Shown: positions 50,672-61,431, counted from the first letter of the stretch. The stretch: DNA of 64,000 nt from Nitrospirales bacterium (GCA_965203295.1 CBDBCZ010000019.1:1184001-1248000); one strand, 5' to 3'. Made by a program: numbers and translations. The notes: generated from the letters alone by a model not told the origin.

Positions 50672-50800
50672 GGTTCTGAAATCGCTTTGCCACGATAAGC
50701 CAGGCTACGGTACCAAACGCCTTTCCCCTCCGTCAATCTGACAGGCTGTTGAAAAAGCCCACTAAGGCAGACTGCAGGCCGTGAGGAGATTTGCCGGCCA

Positions 50801-52210
50801 TCAGTTTGGAGTGTTCAGAAACTCCAAGTCTGAAGGGATCTGTGACAGAATCTGGGAACGAGTTTGGTAAACACCGGGAAGACCCTTACCCAGAGCATAA
50901 ACAAGGCCGCTTTCTCTCTTTCCTAAAAGCAGCCGTCCCCCTGTTTGTCCTTGTTGATCAATTCCGATGATCTCGACATGAGGGTTGGATAATCCATAAT
51001 GATCGAGGTTGTTTTCTTCACTCTCCGCTCGAAGTTCCGCTGGTAAATCCATAACTCGGCTCACAAAAAGGTTCGCAACTTGCTGATTGACTGCGGATTC
51101 TGGTTGATTCTCAAGGATCCACTTCTGATGTTGTTGGATAAGCATAAACGTCCGAGTTTTGGTCTTAACTTTCAAAAGACCAATATCGTTCACCTCCATG
51201 CCAAACAACCGTTTGTCTTGCAAATCAAATTGTCCCTTAGGAAGGGCTCGAAGTATCGATGGATTTATTCTATAAATTGGACCCTCACGATTTCTGATCG
51301 CATAGGCGGCGCTGTTACCGGAATTGAGCCTGAAAAATGAGGCCGACTGTTTTTTATTTCCGAAATGTACGGAAAGCGTCGTGACAGGATCTGTGAACTG
51401 TCCGAGGAGTTTCTGATGTTCAGGTCCAGTGTCAATGAATCCGATTGCCTGCAGATCTTCAAGAGCCATGAGCAGCATTCCCACAGCAGTCTTATCTGCT
51501 GGGGTATCGACTGGAGAACGAAACCGCCAGTTCCCTGATGCACCATGAGCTGAAGGGGTTTGATAGAGAATCAGTGTCTCGGATCCGTGCTGGACTTGAA
51601 ATTCTTTCACCATGTTACGATCGAATGAAAAAAGCTCTTTTCTTCTGAATGTATAGAGTGTTTTTTTGCGAAAATCTTTGACAGAGAGAGTCGTGAGCAG
51701 AACTTTTCCATCTGAAGCTCTTTGTGCGTAAAGATTCGAGGAAATGGGATCCACGTCCCCAAGAGATAGCGTTTCGGCTTGGGATGTCGTGTGAAGAGAA
51801 AGGGTCGTGTAAGGAGGAGCAAGGCCGTACTGAGATAAGCTTTGGGAACTCACCTGGCCATCTTCTTGGATCGTTCTGAGAACTTTCCCGATGGTAATGG
51901 CCCTTAAGAGATTTTGAACAGTACGCGAATCACCTTTGGTGACAATAGGCTTTTGAATCATCCAACGATAGTAGTCATCTCGAACCATTTCAATGGTCTC
52001 ATCTCGCGAGCGAAATGTGAGTTTGATCACCTCTCGGTCGTCAAATGGCAAAATGCGTTGGAGTTCTTGTTCCTGAGCCTCTTCAATTTCGATGCTCGGA
52101 ACTTCCACGAAATATATGTAGGTTCCAAGGACAGCAAAAACCAGTCCCAGTAAGATCGTCGTCTGGAATGATTTCATAATTCTGTCTAGAGACGTCTCCG
52201 CCGTCTCCAA
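50801..52210 (-). CDS. DUF4340 domain protein
   Basis: N-terminal TM and repeated W..P..D / YGL..P modules. Last gene of a GldAFG-like operon. Confidence 0.75.
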   Translation of the reverse strand: METAETSLDRIMKSFQTTILLGLVFAVLGTYIYFVEVPSIEIEEAQEQELQRILPFDDREVIKLTFRSRDETIEMVRDDYYRWMIQKPIVTKGDSRTVQNLLRAITIGKVLRTIQEDGQVSSQSLSQYGLAPPYTTLSLHTTSQAETLSLGDVDPISSNLYAQRASDGKVLLTTLSVKDFRKKTLYTFRRKELFSFDRNMVKEFQVQHGSETLILYQTPSAHGASGNWRFRSPVDTPADKTAVGMLLMALEDLQAIGFIDTGPEHQKLLGQFTDPVTTLSVHFGNKKQSASFFRLNSGNSAAYAIRNREGPIYRINPSILRALPKGQFDLQDKRLFGMEVNDIGLLKVKTKTRTFMLIQQHQKWILENQPESAVNQQVANLFVSRVMDLPAELRAESEENNLDHYGLSNPHVEIIGIDQQGQTGGRLLLGKRESGLVYALGKGLPGVYQTRSQILSQIPSDLEFLNTPN

Positions 52211-53718
52211 ATCATGATCCCCGCCAAAAGGAACAAGACTGGGAGAGAGAATACCTGAACAGTAAACAACATTTGCTCTTGTGTTGGGTTAGGAATAAAA
52301 GGACGTAAGGCCGGATCCTTGGGGGAAATCGAGATCAATGACTGTTCGCTGGCTAACCATGCCACTGATCTCAGGAAAAAATCAGTATTCCCAGGAAAGG
52401 TCAGATAGGCATTACTCACAAAAGTCGAATTGCCAATAATCACGATCGCTGCTTTGGATAGGGTCGTGTCGGTCTTGTCTTTCTGAAATTCTAAAGCTCC
52501 GGCCAGTACGATTGGGCCTGGGATGTCTTCTTCCGGATCGAGAGAGGGTGAGGTATTTTCAAGGTTCATTTCAGCCCAACTTTCAGAGGACGTGTGGGCC
52601 AAACTGGTAAACTCCCAATCCAGCCCAGCTTGTTCCTTAAAGGTCACTCCTCCTGAAACAGGGAGGATGATCGGAACGGACATATCGTGAGTGATCTCAT
52701 GCTCGGTAAAAGTCTTGACTAAAAGGGCTGTGGGACTGCCTTGAGCCACTCGGTCTTTTGGATCGACGACGATTCCTGGACTGAATTCAACGCCCCACTG
52801 ATGTATGAGGGGATCAAGGCCATGAGAGGTATTGGGATCGACTAACAGTAACAATCTCCCTCCTAAGGAGAGGAATTCCTGGATGTGCTCAAGCTCCTCC
52901 AGATTCAGAGGATCTTGAGGCCCTGGAATGATGAGAACAGTTGCCTCGTCTACTTTTTGAGCCACTTCGAGGAAAGTGACATCTGTCACGTCGTACCCTT
53001 GTTTCACTAACTTACTCTTTGCTAGAGACAATCCGCCCTTGTCACGGTCTTTGACCCTCCGCTCACCATGGCCCTTGAGCACCCAAATCTCTTTTTTCCT
53101 CTCTTTGGTCACACGTATGAGGGCACTCGTGAGGTCAATCTCTGTCGGTTGGGAAGCATGGATCACTTGAGTGTCACTTTCAAAAACAGCCGTGTCCACA
53201 CTAGTGATTTCATACTTTCTGGCCATTGTGGGGTTTTTTTCGGGATCAACAAATTGAACAGTGACGTGAGGGCTAGCATGGGTAAAGCTTTCCAAGAAAT
53301 CACGATAGGCACCGAATTTCGGCCTTTTTTCATGAGAAAAGACAATCACTTTGACAGGCTTCTGTAATTCTCCAAGAACCTTGTATGTCTGAGGTGAAAG
53401 GGTAAATCGTTGTGTTTCGGAGAGATCCCAACGGCTACCGTGACGAATGGTCAGAAAGTTGATGATCATGAGAATGCCGAGAAGGAGTAGGACAGCCAAG
53501 ATACTGTTCGTTCCCATCCGTGCCGAACGCTGTTTGGAGAAGGTTTGAAGGCGCTGCCAGTTACCGACTGCATACACGATTAAACAGAAAAGAGCGGCGC
53601 CTTCACAAAGCGTGATAGCCCAATCCTGGGATGGGACCCAAGAAGACAGCACGTAGCCGGTTATAGCGAGAAGAACTCCGGCCAGGCCAATGGTTGGCAA
53701 GAATTTTCCAATTACCAT
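52186..53718 (-). CDS. GldG-family ABC transporter auxiliary component
   Basis: RWDLSETQRFTLSPQT, VDPEKNP, GHGER, GNTDFF, C-terminal TM followed by RRRR. Confidence 0.85.
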   Translation of the reverse strand: MVIGKFLPTIGLAGVLLAITGYVLSSWVPSQDWAITLCEGAALFCLIVYAVGNWQRLQTFSKQRSARMGTNSILAVLLLLGILMIINFLTIRHGSRWDLSETQRFTLSPQTYKVLGELQKPVKVIVFSHEKRPKFGAYRDFLESFTHASPHVTVQFVDPEKNPTMARKYEITSVDTAVFESDTQVIHASQPTEIDLTSALIRVTKERKKEIWVLKGHGERRVKDRDKGGLSLAKSKLVKQGYDVTDVTFLEVAQKVDEATVLIIPGPQDPLNLEELEHIQEFLSLGGRLLLLVDPNTSHGLDPLIHQWGVEFSPGIVVDPKDRVAQGSPTALLVKTFTEHEITHDMSVPIILPVSGGVTFKEQAGLDWEFTSLAHTSSESWAEMNLENTSPSLDPEEDIPGPIVLAGALEFQKDKTDTTLSKAAIVIIGNSTFVSNAYLTFPGNTDFFLRSVAWLASEQSLISISPKDPALRPFIPNPTQEQMLFTVQVFSLPVLFLLAGIMIWRRRRRL

Positions 53719-54479
53719 CGTTGAGCGTCAATTATGCGGTAGGTTACAAAGAGTAGAAGAACAGTACTGGAAACGTAATAGACAATGTCCTTGGCATCCA
53801 AGAGCCCCCGAACTAAACGGTCAAAGTGCTGCGTGAACGACATATAGGCCAAGAAATTGCCCATGGGTGTATCGCCGAGAAGGGCTCCCAAGCCTCCGAA
53901 AAGCCAAATCACCAAGATGATTCCGAAACTAATAAAAGCTGCCACTACTTGATTGTCTGTCAGGCTCGACCCCAATACGCCAATTGCAAGGAACAGTCCC
54001 CCCTGGAGCATCAGGGCGAGGTATCCCGTCAAGACTGGGTTCCAGTCAAAAGAGCAGTAAGTCGCAATCAACAATGGAGCCAGACCGGTCAATCCTAAAA
54101 GGCCCACATACAGAATGAGGACGCTCATAAATTTCCCTGAAACGATTTCATTAATTCCTATAGGAGAAGTAAATAACAGTTCGAATGTCCGCAGTTTCCG
54201 TTCTTCTGCAAACACTCGCATCGTCAACATTGGGAGAATGAACATGAGGACAATAGCGAAACTATAGAAATAAGGACGGAACACCAGCTCATTCAAATTA
54301 AGCTGGGCATAGGAATTTTGAAGTTGCAAGAGTCGGACGGCTTGTTGGCTCGCGTTCACAACCATCAGATAGGACAGAAACCCGGAAACGAAGAGAAAGA
54401 CCATCCCTATGACATAGAAAATAGGGGAAATCCAGAAGCTACGAAGTTCTTTCGCGATCAATGAATGAACGGGGGTCAT
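53712..54479 (-). CDS. ABC-2 permease (GldF-like)
   Basis: KELRSFWISP, LTMRVFAEERKLRTFELLFTSP, SSLTDNQVVA. Confidence 0.88.
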   Translation of the reverse strand: MTPVHSLIAKELRSFWISPIFYVIGMVFLFVSGFLSYLMVVNASQQAVRLLQLQNSYAQLNLNELVFRPYFYSFAIVLMFILPMLTMRVFAEERKLRTFELLFTSPIGINEIVSGKFMSVLILYVGLLGLTGLAPLLIATYCSFDWNPVLTGYLALMLQGGLFLAIGVLGSSLTDNQVVAAFISFGIILVIWLFGGLGALLGDTPMGNFLAYMSFTQHFDRLVRGLLDAKDIVYYVSSTVLLLFVTYRIIDAQRW

Positions 54480-54487
54480 CTTCTAGC

Positions 54488-55477
54488 TCACGAGGTGGAT
54501 TGACCTGAATTCAGCGAAGTGTTAAATGGATCTGGCGATGAACTGACGTCCAGAGTTTCATCTTGAGTCAATTGCAAGAAGACATCTTCCAAAGACATGG
54601 AGACGGATCGCATTTCCAGGAGTCCCATCCCCTCATTTACCACGAATTTTGCGAGGTCCTCCCGATGATCTTGTCCTAATTCGCATTCCACCAAAAAGGT
54701 CTTTGACGATCCAGCTTGTATGAGACTGACGACTCCAGGGAAATTGCGGAGGCGTGCTTCGCCATCAGGGCCAGGGTTTCTGAGTGTGAGACTAATCTTT
54801 TGGGACTGACGAAGACGAGCTGCCAGTTGATCTGGAGTATCCTCAGCCACAATTTGACCTTGATGAATGATAATCACGCGTTGGCACACTGCGGTGGCTT
54901 CCGGCAGGATATGAGTACTCAAGATAATGGTGTGTGAATCCGTGAGGCTCTGAATGAGATGGCGGATCTCAATGATTTGTTTAGGGTCAAGTCCAACGGT
55001 GGGTTCATCGAGAATGAGCACGGGTGGGTCATGAAGAATGGCCTGAGCCAACCCCACTCGCTGACGGTATCCCCGTGATAAATGACCAATCACTCGTGAC
55101 CGAACCTCGCCTAACCCGACTTGGTCAATCACAGTTGTCATACGTTTGGTAATGTGATCTGAGGATAATCCTTTGATCCGACCCACGAAGGTTAAATACT
55201 CTGATACAGTGAATTCTTCATACAAGGGAGGATTCTCTGGTAAATACCCCACTCGACGTTTGACTTCCAGTGGTTCTTCAAAGCCATCGAATCCTGCGAT
55301 GTGAACGGTTCCCTCAGATGATGGCATAAAACACGTGAGGATGCGCATCGTTGTCGTTTTGCCAGCACCATTTGGTCCTAGAAAGGCGAGGATCTCTCCC
55401 TCTCCAACTGTAAATGACACGTTTTCGATCGCTGGTCGCGGGCCAAAGCGTTTTGTTATATTCTGAACATTAATCAT
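54488..55477 (-). CDS. ABC transporter ATP-binding protein (GldA-like)
   Basis: GPNGAGKTT, LSRGYRQRVG, LILDEPTVGLDP, LSTHILPE. Confidence 0.92.
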   Translation of the reverse strand: MINVQNITKRFGPRPAIENVSFTVGEGEILAFLGPNGAGKTTTMRILTCFMPSSEGTVHIAGFDGFEEPLEVKRRVGYLPENPPLYEEFTVSEYLTFVGRIKGLSSDHITKRMTTVIDQVGLGEVRSRVIGHLSRGYRQRVGLAQAILHDPPVLILDEPTVGLDPKQIIEIRHLIQSLTDSHTIILSTHILPEATAVCQRVIIIHQGQIVAEDTPDQLAARLRQSQKISLTLRNPGPDGEARLRNFPGVVSLIQAGSSKTFLVECELGQDHREDLAKFVVNEGMGLLEMRSVSMSLEDVFLQLTQDETLDVSSSPDPFNTSLNSGQSTS

Positions 55478-55629
55478 CGTTCATTGCCCAATCTTCGGGA
55501 TTGGAAGTGAGGGTATCATGGCGGAAAGGGGAAGAATGAGAGTAGGATGGCGAAGCCTCAAAATAATACTGACCGAATGTTTGTTCAGTCAAGCCAGATT
55601 TGAGAAGGTGAAAGTCAGTGGTTTCCTAA

Positions 55630-55666
55630 TTTGACACGAATTGACAATCCTGTATGATGTGTCAAA
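55630..55666 (+). promoter_or_regulatory. Putative promoter with overlapping inverted repeat
   Basis: TTGACA-N16-TATGAT (55631-55658), a second TTGACA 10 bp later, and inverted repeat TTTGACAC-N21-GTGTCAAA. Confidence 0.45.
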
Positions 55667-55773
55667 AATAGGTCTTCTCGTGGAATGAAAAAAGTGTGAT
55701 CATCCTGCTTATCAAGGGATTTGGCGGTTAAAGTAATCCCTCTCGGGGTCACAAGAAAAAAGGAGTTTTTCGT

Positions 55774-56883
55774 ATGGTACAGAGAAAAATTTTGGTTTTC
55801 TTCACTTTGCTGGGGATGGCATGTCTTCTTGCTCTTGCGGGATGTGGGACCAGTGAGCATGCAGCTGTTATGAGTGGGGAAACCGTAGATCAGCAAGCCA
55901 AGAGGGCGCAGGCAAAGGCATCCGAGAAAGGGGGGATTCCTCTTAAACAAGGCGCTTTCTCCCAAGAGTCTTTGGAGTCAGGCAGTGGGAGAGCGATGGC
56001 TCCTGGCACATCAGGGGATATTGACGAATCGTCTATGTCCTCCATTGCTATGGGTTCTGGATCCTCAACTTCTCCGAGTGGTGGGAGCGTGTCATCGCGC
56101 ACACTCGATCTGGGAAAAGCTGGGGAGGCCGGTTCTTCCTCTGGGTCTCCCTCAGAATTGGAGCCGTTAGCTGGATATATGCCGGGGCTCCCTACTCAGC
56201 CAAGATCATTTGGAGAAAGTGCGGGAGGAAGAGCTGAAGGCTCGTCTGGAAGCAGTCCGGGAGGAGGACAACCTGGAAATTCCGCACAAGATTTTTTTAG
56301 TCCCGGTTCTTCTGGATATGAAGGTGAAGAATTTGTAAGAGGGTTGACCCCTTCGGATTTGTTTCCAGATGACCCCACGAACCCTAATCTAGCAATGGCT
56401 GGAAAGGGGAGGGGGAAGGAATCGAGGTCGAGGACAGGATCTTCTGGTTCTGGTGAAGAGATGGTCTCAGAGCCCGGCATTCAACCTCTGGCACCGATTC
56501 CCGATACCGGCTCTGAAATGAGTTCGAGCATTCAGGTGGCAGGAGTGACCTATACATTGAATCATGTGTTTTTTGATTATGACAGATCATTCATCAGACC
56601 TGATGCCGTGACGGGTTTGAAGAACAATGCCAGGCTTCTGAATGCAGAATTGCAAGATTCTCAAGTACTGGTGCAAGGACATTGTGATGAACGTGGGACC
56701 AATAAATACAATCTTGTACTAGGAGAACGGAGGGCCCAGTCTGTAAAAAAATATCTTGTGGATCTTGGAATTGATGCCTCGCGAATCAGTACGATTAGTT
56801 ATGGTGAGGAGAAACCTTTCTGTACGCAGTTTACTCCGGCGTGTCTGCAGAAGAACCGAAGAGGTCATTTCGTATTACAATAG
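55774..56883 (+). CDS. Pal/OmpA-family peptidoglycan-associated lipoprotein with a long Ser/Gly/Pro-rich linker
   Basis: Lipobox LAGC. C-terminal VFFDYD, GHCDERGTNKYNLVLGERRA, SYGEEKP, NRR. Confidence 0.88.
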   Translation: MVQRKILVFFTLLGMACLLALAGCGTSEHAAVMSGETVDQQAKRAQAKASEKGGIPLKQGAFSQESLESGSGRAMAPGTSGDIDESSMSSIAMGSGSSTSPSGGSVSSRTLDLGKAGEAGSSSGSPSELEPLAGYMPGLPTQPRSFGESAGGRAEGSSGSSPGGGQPGNSAQDFFSPGSSGYEGEEFVRGLTPSDLFPDDPTNPNLAMAGKGRGKESRSRTGSSGSGEEMVSEPGIQPLAPIPDTGSEMSSSIQVAGVTYTLNHVFFDYDRSFIRPDAVTGLKNNARLLNAELQDSQVLVQGHCDERGTNKYNLVLGERRAQSVKKYLVDLGIDASRISTISYGEEKPFCTQFTPACLQKNRRGHFVLQ

Positions 56884-57443
56884 AACGTTGTGTATCGAAC
56901 TTCACTGTTTTTTCTTGTTTTGAAGCAGAAGGATCAACGGTAAAAACCAAAAGACCAAGCCTCTCATATCTAGTCGAGTGCCTTGGCCTTAGTTTTTTGG
57001 AATCTCCTTCTTCTGTATTTTTCTAACGGCTCCTTTATCTTTAAAAAGACATCCCACCTTCTATCAAATCTTAGAAATTTTGGTCACTTTCTAACAGGGT
57101 TGCTTGGTTCCCTTATGGCTATTCCATTCCATGTGAGTGGAAAAAGCTCTTATAGCGGTGGACGGATATTCTCGCGAGTTTTCGAATAACATCCCAAAAA
57201 AACAAAGAGTTTCGATGAACTGCCTTGGAAAAAATCGATGGGTTTTGTCCCATTTGGACGATCGATGGATAAATTTGACGGAAAGTTTTTCATGAAGGCT
57301 CTCAGAAAAAGTGTATGGATTTTTCCTGGACTCCTGAGTAGCCTGATGCCTTTCCTCGGAAAGAAAGTGTCATTGTCCTGTGGTGAAAAGAAGATGAGGT
57401 AGCCTGGCGTCTCGTGAATGGGATCAAAGGGCATTTTGCAGAT

Positions 57444-58709
57444 ATGGCTTTCTCTGAAATCATCCTTCCATTGGAAACTGAAGAGACTATGCAGAAAATC
57501 GGGGAGGCCGACATATTAGTTGGCATTCCTAGTTTTAACAATGCCGATACCATAGGGTATGTTGTGCATGCGGTCACTGCTGGGCTTGCGAAATACTTCC
57601 CTGGAATTCGGGCGGTCTTGGTCAATTCCGACGGAGGATCAACAGATGCAACGTCTCAAGTCGTGGCCATGGCAAGTGTGGATTTAGGAACTCTCCTCAT
57701 CAATGAGGCACAGGATCCGCTTCAGAAGATTGTGACGCCTTATCGAGGGATCTCAGGAAAGGGAAGCGCGTTTCGCACAATTTTTGAAGTCGCACGACGT
57801 TTGAAAGCTAAAGCCTGTGCGGTGGTGGATGCTGACTTGAGGAGTATCACCCCCGAGTGGATGGAACTTCTCTTGCGACCCATTCTGGAAGAGGGATTTG
57901 ATTATGTTGCGCCGTACTACTTAAGGCATAAATACGATGGGACGATTACGAATTCGATTGCATATCCACTCACGCGGACTTTGTATGGGATGCGGATCCG
58001 GCAACCTATCGGTGGAGATTTTGGATTTTCAGGGCGCCTAGCAGAGCAATATGTTGCCAAACATGTGTGGGAGTCGGATGTGGCCCGATTTGGGATTGAT
58101 ATCTGGATGACCACAGAAGCCATGGCCAGTGGAGCAAAGGTTTGCCAAAGTTTTTTGGGTGCGAAAATTCATGACCCGAAGGATCCTGCTCAGGATTTGT
58201 CTGCCATGTTAGTGCAGGTTGTTGGTGCCTTGTTTTCATTGATGGAAGAACATCATGCCATATGGTCCAACAAAGATGGGACCAATCCTGTTCCCTTGTT
58301 TGGCTTCCAATATCAGGTGGCCTTGGAACCCGTGAAGGTGAATGTCGACCGTATGATTGCGACCTTTCATCAGGGTGTCGCTGATCTCTCAGATGTTTGG
58401 CGCAGTGTCTTTACTGGGGGTGTGATGGATGCTCTTAGCCAATTGAAAACTCTCCCTTCCAAGAGTTTTCATGTGTCGGACGACCTCTGGGCTCGGATCG
58501 TCTACGACGCGGCTGTCACCTTTCATCGGAATGCCATTGTCCGAGAACATCTTTTAAAATCGTTGACTCCCTTGTATCTTGCCAGGACGGCTTCATTTGT
58601 CCTTGAGACACAAGGGTTGACCACAACAGAAGCTGAAGAACGAGTGGAATTATTGTGCCAATCCTTTGATAAGGGAAAATCCTACTTAATTGATCGGTGG
58701 TCTGCTTAG
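57444..58709 (+). CDS. Glucosylglycerate synthase (Ggs)-like GT-A glycosyltransferase
   Basis: VGIPSFNNADTI, NSDGGSTD, GKGSAFR, VDADLRSITPEW, RHKYDGTITN, RQPIGGDFG, FGIDIWMT. Start taken at ATG 57444. Confidence 0.75.
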   Translation: MAFSEIILPLETEETMQKIGEADILVGIPSFNNADTIGYVVHAVTAGLAKYFPGIRAVLVNSDGGSTDATSQVVAMASVDLGTLLINEAQDPLQKIVTPYRGISGKGSAFRTIFEVARRLKAKACAVVDADLRSITPEWMELLLRPILEEGFDYVAPYYLRHKYDGTITNSIAYPLTRTLYGMRIRQPIGGDFGFSGRLAEQYVAKHVWESDVARFGIDIWMTTEAMASGAKVCQSFLGAKIHDPKDPAQDLSAMLVQVVGALFSLMEEHHAIWSNKDGTNPVPLFGFQYQVALEPVKVNVDRMIATFHQGVADLSDVWRSVFTGGVMDALSQLKTLPSKSFHVSDDLWARIVYDAAVTFHRNAIVREHLLKSLTPLYLARTASFVLETQGLTTTEAEERVELLCQSFDKGKSYLIDRWSA

Positions 58710-58752
58710 TAGTTCCATCTCTTCGTACGGGTGGTTGTTCTAGAGGGCACTT

Positions 58753-59469
58753 ATGGAATCTCAAGAACTGATGATCGAGACTACATTATGGGAGCCGCTC
58801 ACCGTTCTTGCCCAAAACCTTATGGCCTTGGCCCCGAGTGTGTTGGGGATGGTGTTGATTTTGTTGATTGGACTTGGCCTGAGTTGGCTGATTGCCCAAT
58901 CAGTCGAACGCCTGTCCCGTGTCATTCGTCTTGATGTGTTTTGTCAGCGGGTTGGGTTTACCAATGCTCTCCATCAAGGAGGAATTAGAACTGAGCCATC
59001 AACTTTGCTGGGAAGGCTTTTCTTTTGGTTGGTGTTAAGTCTGGCTGTTTTAGCCGGATTAGCTGTGCTTCACCTCGATCCGATCAACAAATTCACGCAA
59101 TCCCTCTTAGCCTATGTCCCGTATTTAATGACGGCAGTGGTGATTATATTGGGCGGGTTTTTGTTGTCCAATTTTTTAGGGCAGGCGGTCTTGATTGCGG
59201 CCGTCAACGCAGGGGCTCCTCCTGCGAGATGGCTTGCCGGGTTTACACGATGGGGTATTCAGCTGGCGGCAGTGGCTATGGCCTTGGAGCAATTGGGAAT
59301 CGCAGAGACAATCGTGGTTGTGGGATTTGGAATTGCTTTTGGCGGTGTGGTTCTGGCAGCTGCTATCGCTTTTGGACTTGGGGCAAAAGATCTTGCTAAG
59401 GAATTTCTTGAACAGCGATTTTCCAATCGAGGTCGTGAGCAATCATCGGACGATATTCACCATTTGTAG
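58753..59469 (+). CDS. Membrane protein of the MscS-associated TM-helix type
   Basis: Multi-TM. ALEQLGIA, AIAFGLGAKDLAKEFL. No cytoplasmic MscS cage domain. Confidence 0.7.
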   Translation: MESQELMIETTLWEPLTVLAQNLMALAPSVLGMVLILLIGLGLSWLIAQSVERLSRVIRLDVFCQRVGFTNALHQGGIRTEPSTLLGRLFFWLVLSLAVLAGLAVLHLDPINKFTQSLLAYVPYLMTAVVIILGGFLLSNFLGQAVLIAAVNAGAPPARWLAGFTRWGIQLAAVAMALEQLGIAETIVVVGFGIAFGGVVLAAAIAFGLGAKDLAKEFLEQRFSNRGREQSSDDIHHL

Positions 59470-59545
59470 TAAGGGGTGACGTGCAATCCTCTATTTCCGG
59501 GAAATGCCTTCGGTTTATTTTCTGTCATAAGGAGGGAAGATTGTC

Positions 59546-60778
59546 ATGGCCGATTTCTACCAATCTGGGTCCATTACCACCCTTCATCGGTTAGGCTATT
59601 CAAATGTGGATAGGCTTGAAAAGGAGTTATGCGAGTATGCAGAGACCCAACCCATCGCCCTCGTTTTGCCATGTTTGTATTCCGAATTGCAGGGCCCTGC
59701 ACTGAATGGGATTCTTCAGCAGCTGAAGGACGTTCCGTATCTGAATGAGATTGTTGTGGCTTTAGGGCAAGCCTCGGCCCTAGAGTTTCGTCGCGCCAAA
59801 GATTATTTCAGTGTCCTGCCGCAAGATGTCAGTTTGATTTGGATTGAGGGGCAGCGAGTCCAAGATATTCTTGAACTATTGGTAAGCCAGGATATTGATA
59901 TTGGTTTGCCGGGCAAAGGGCAATCATGCTGGATTTCGTTTGGCTATGTCCTGGCCAGACAGAAAAGTAAGGTGATTGTTCTTCATGATTGTGACGTTTT
60001 GACCTACGACCGCGAATTCCTAGCGCGTTTATGTTATCCAGTGGGAAACCCGAATCTCAGCTATGAATTTTGTAAGGGGTATTACCCTCGTTTTTCAGAC
60101 CGGCTCCATGGGCGAGTCACTCGCCTGTTCGTCCTTCCCTTGATACGAAGCCTTCTCCGTGTCGTTGGGGCTCATCCCACGCTGTTATTTTTGGAAGGGT
60201 TTCGTTATCCCTTAGCAGGGGAATTTTCCATGGTGACCGATCTCGCGTGGATAAACCGCTTCCCGGGTGATTGGGGGTTGGAGGTCGGCATTCTTGCTGA
60301 GGTTCATCGAAACTGTGCGAATCGGCGTGTCTGTCAGGTAGATCTATCGGAAAGGTATGAACACAAACATCAATTACTTTCTGCGGATAATCCTGATGCC
60401 GGCCTTGTCAAAATGAGTGTTGATATTGCGAAGACGTTGTTCCGTACGTTAGCCAGTGAGGGAATTGTGTTGTGCGAAGCCACCATGAAAACCTTGAGGG
60501 CGATCTACCTCCAGTTTGCACAAGAAACGATTAAAAAATATGAAAACGTGGCCGCCATCAATGGATTGTACTTTGATCGGCATGCTGAGCGAACTGCTGT
60601 CGAAGCTTTCTTGAAAGGGCTACAATCAGCCTCAGAGACATTTGTCAAAGATCCCTTAGGTGTCCCTATGATCTCGAGTTGGAACCAAGTCGCTGCGGCG
60701 GTCCCTGATATTTTTGACCGTCTCCTTCATGCCGTAAAAGGGGACCAGCAATGGGACCCTAAAAAACCCTCTACCTAA
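59546..60778 (+). CDS. Glucosyl-3-phosphoglycerate synthase (GpgS)-like glycosyltransferase
   Basis: MADFYQSGSITTLH, LVLPCLYSEL, GKGQSCW, LHDCD, FCKGYY, GRVTRL, YPLAGEF, DWGLEVG, YEHKHQ. Confidence 0.8.
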   Translation: MADFYQSGSITTLHRLGYSNVDRLEKELCEYAETQPIALVLPCLYSELQGPALNGILQQLKDVPYLNEIVVALGQASALEFRRAKDYFSVLPQDVSLIWIEGQRVQDILELLVSQDIDIGLPGKGQSCWISFGYVLARQKSKVIVLHDCDVLTYDREFLARLCYPVGNPNLSYEFCKGYYPRFSDRLHGRVTRLFVLPLIRSLLRVVGAHPTLLFLEGFRYPLAGEFSMVTDLAWINRFPGDWGLEVGILAEVHRNCANRRVCQVDLSERYEHKHQLLSADNPDAGLVKMSVDIAKTLFRTLASEGIVLCEATMKTLRAIYLQFAQETIKKYENVAAINGLYFDRHAERTAVEAFLKGLQSASETFVKDPLGVPMISSWNQVAAAVPDIFDRLLHAVKGDQQWDPKKPST

Positions 60779-60833
60779 TCCTGCTCGGATGTGAAAAGAA
60801 AGGCCGATTGGGTCTCTCCGAAAACGTCTGTTC

Positions 60834-61142
60834 CTAGGAGTCCACCTTCGGCGAAGATTTGATGGCTCCTTTTGTTGCGTCAACTGCTGCCGTTATTCGT
60901 GAAGCTGTATGCCGAACTGTTTGTTGAGCTTCTTTTGTTAAGTTTTCCACCGCGCCTTTCGTTTCTGCAGCCATATTAGCGAACTCCTCTTGAGCTGTCT
61001 TCGCGCCCTTGGCTATTCGCTGTCGTAATGTGGTTCCTGTTTCAGGAGCCAATAAGAAGGCTGCCCCTGCCCCAAGAATAAAGCCACTGATGAATACGAA
61101 GGTGGTGACCCAACTCGAATCCGAGGATTTATGGTTACTCAT
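60834..61142 (-). CDS. YtxH-domain protein
   Basis: GFILGAGAAFLLAPETGTTLRQRI followed by an Ala/Lys/Glu helical tail. Confidence 0.82.
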   Translation of the reverse strand: MSNHKSSDSSWVTTFVFISGFILGAGAAFLLAPETGTTLRQRIAKGAKTAQEEFANMAAETKGAVENLTKEAQQTVRHTASRITAAVDATKGAIKSSPKVDS

Positions 61143-61164
61143 GATCGATTCTCCTTATGTGAAA

Positions 61165-61431
61165 CTACAGATTGTCTTTAGCCGATTTTAGTCGATTACA
61201 GCCTACGAGGGCTGCAATGCTTCCTCCGACGAAGGCTCCTACCACAAAGACCAAACTAAAGGCCAAACCCGTACGAAGTTCTGGCCAATTTTTTAAAACC
61301 CGCGACCAAAGGGGAGGACAATCCGGAAAATGGACGTGGCCTTCCCATCCTAATGGTTGATCGGAGGACGGCACTTCAGCCCCATTTTGAGGTGTATCAT
61401 CGTCTTTGAGGTCTTGGGATAAAGGATTCAT
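61165..61431 (-). CDS. Small membrane protein
   Basis: ATG overlaps the treY stop. C-terminal TM ([16 protein letters not shown]). Confidence 0.5.
   Translation of the reverse strand: MNPLSQDLKDDDTPQNGAEVPSSDQPLGWEGHVHFPDCPPLWSRVLKNWPELRTGLAFSLVFVVGAFVGGSIAALVGCNRLKSAKDNL

Noticed and set aside
56884..57440. Long AT-rich intergenic region as a possible ncRNA or riboswitch
   Set aside because: Only short imperfect hairpins are visible and no known motif is recognisable by eye. An Rfam search would be needed.
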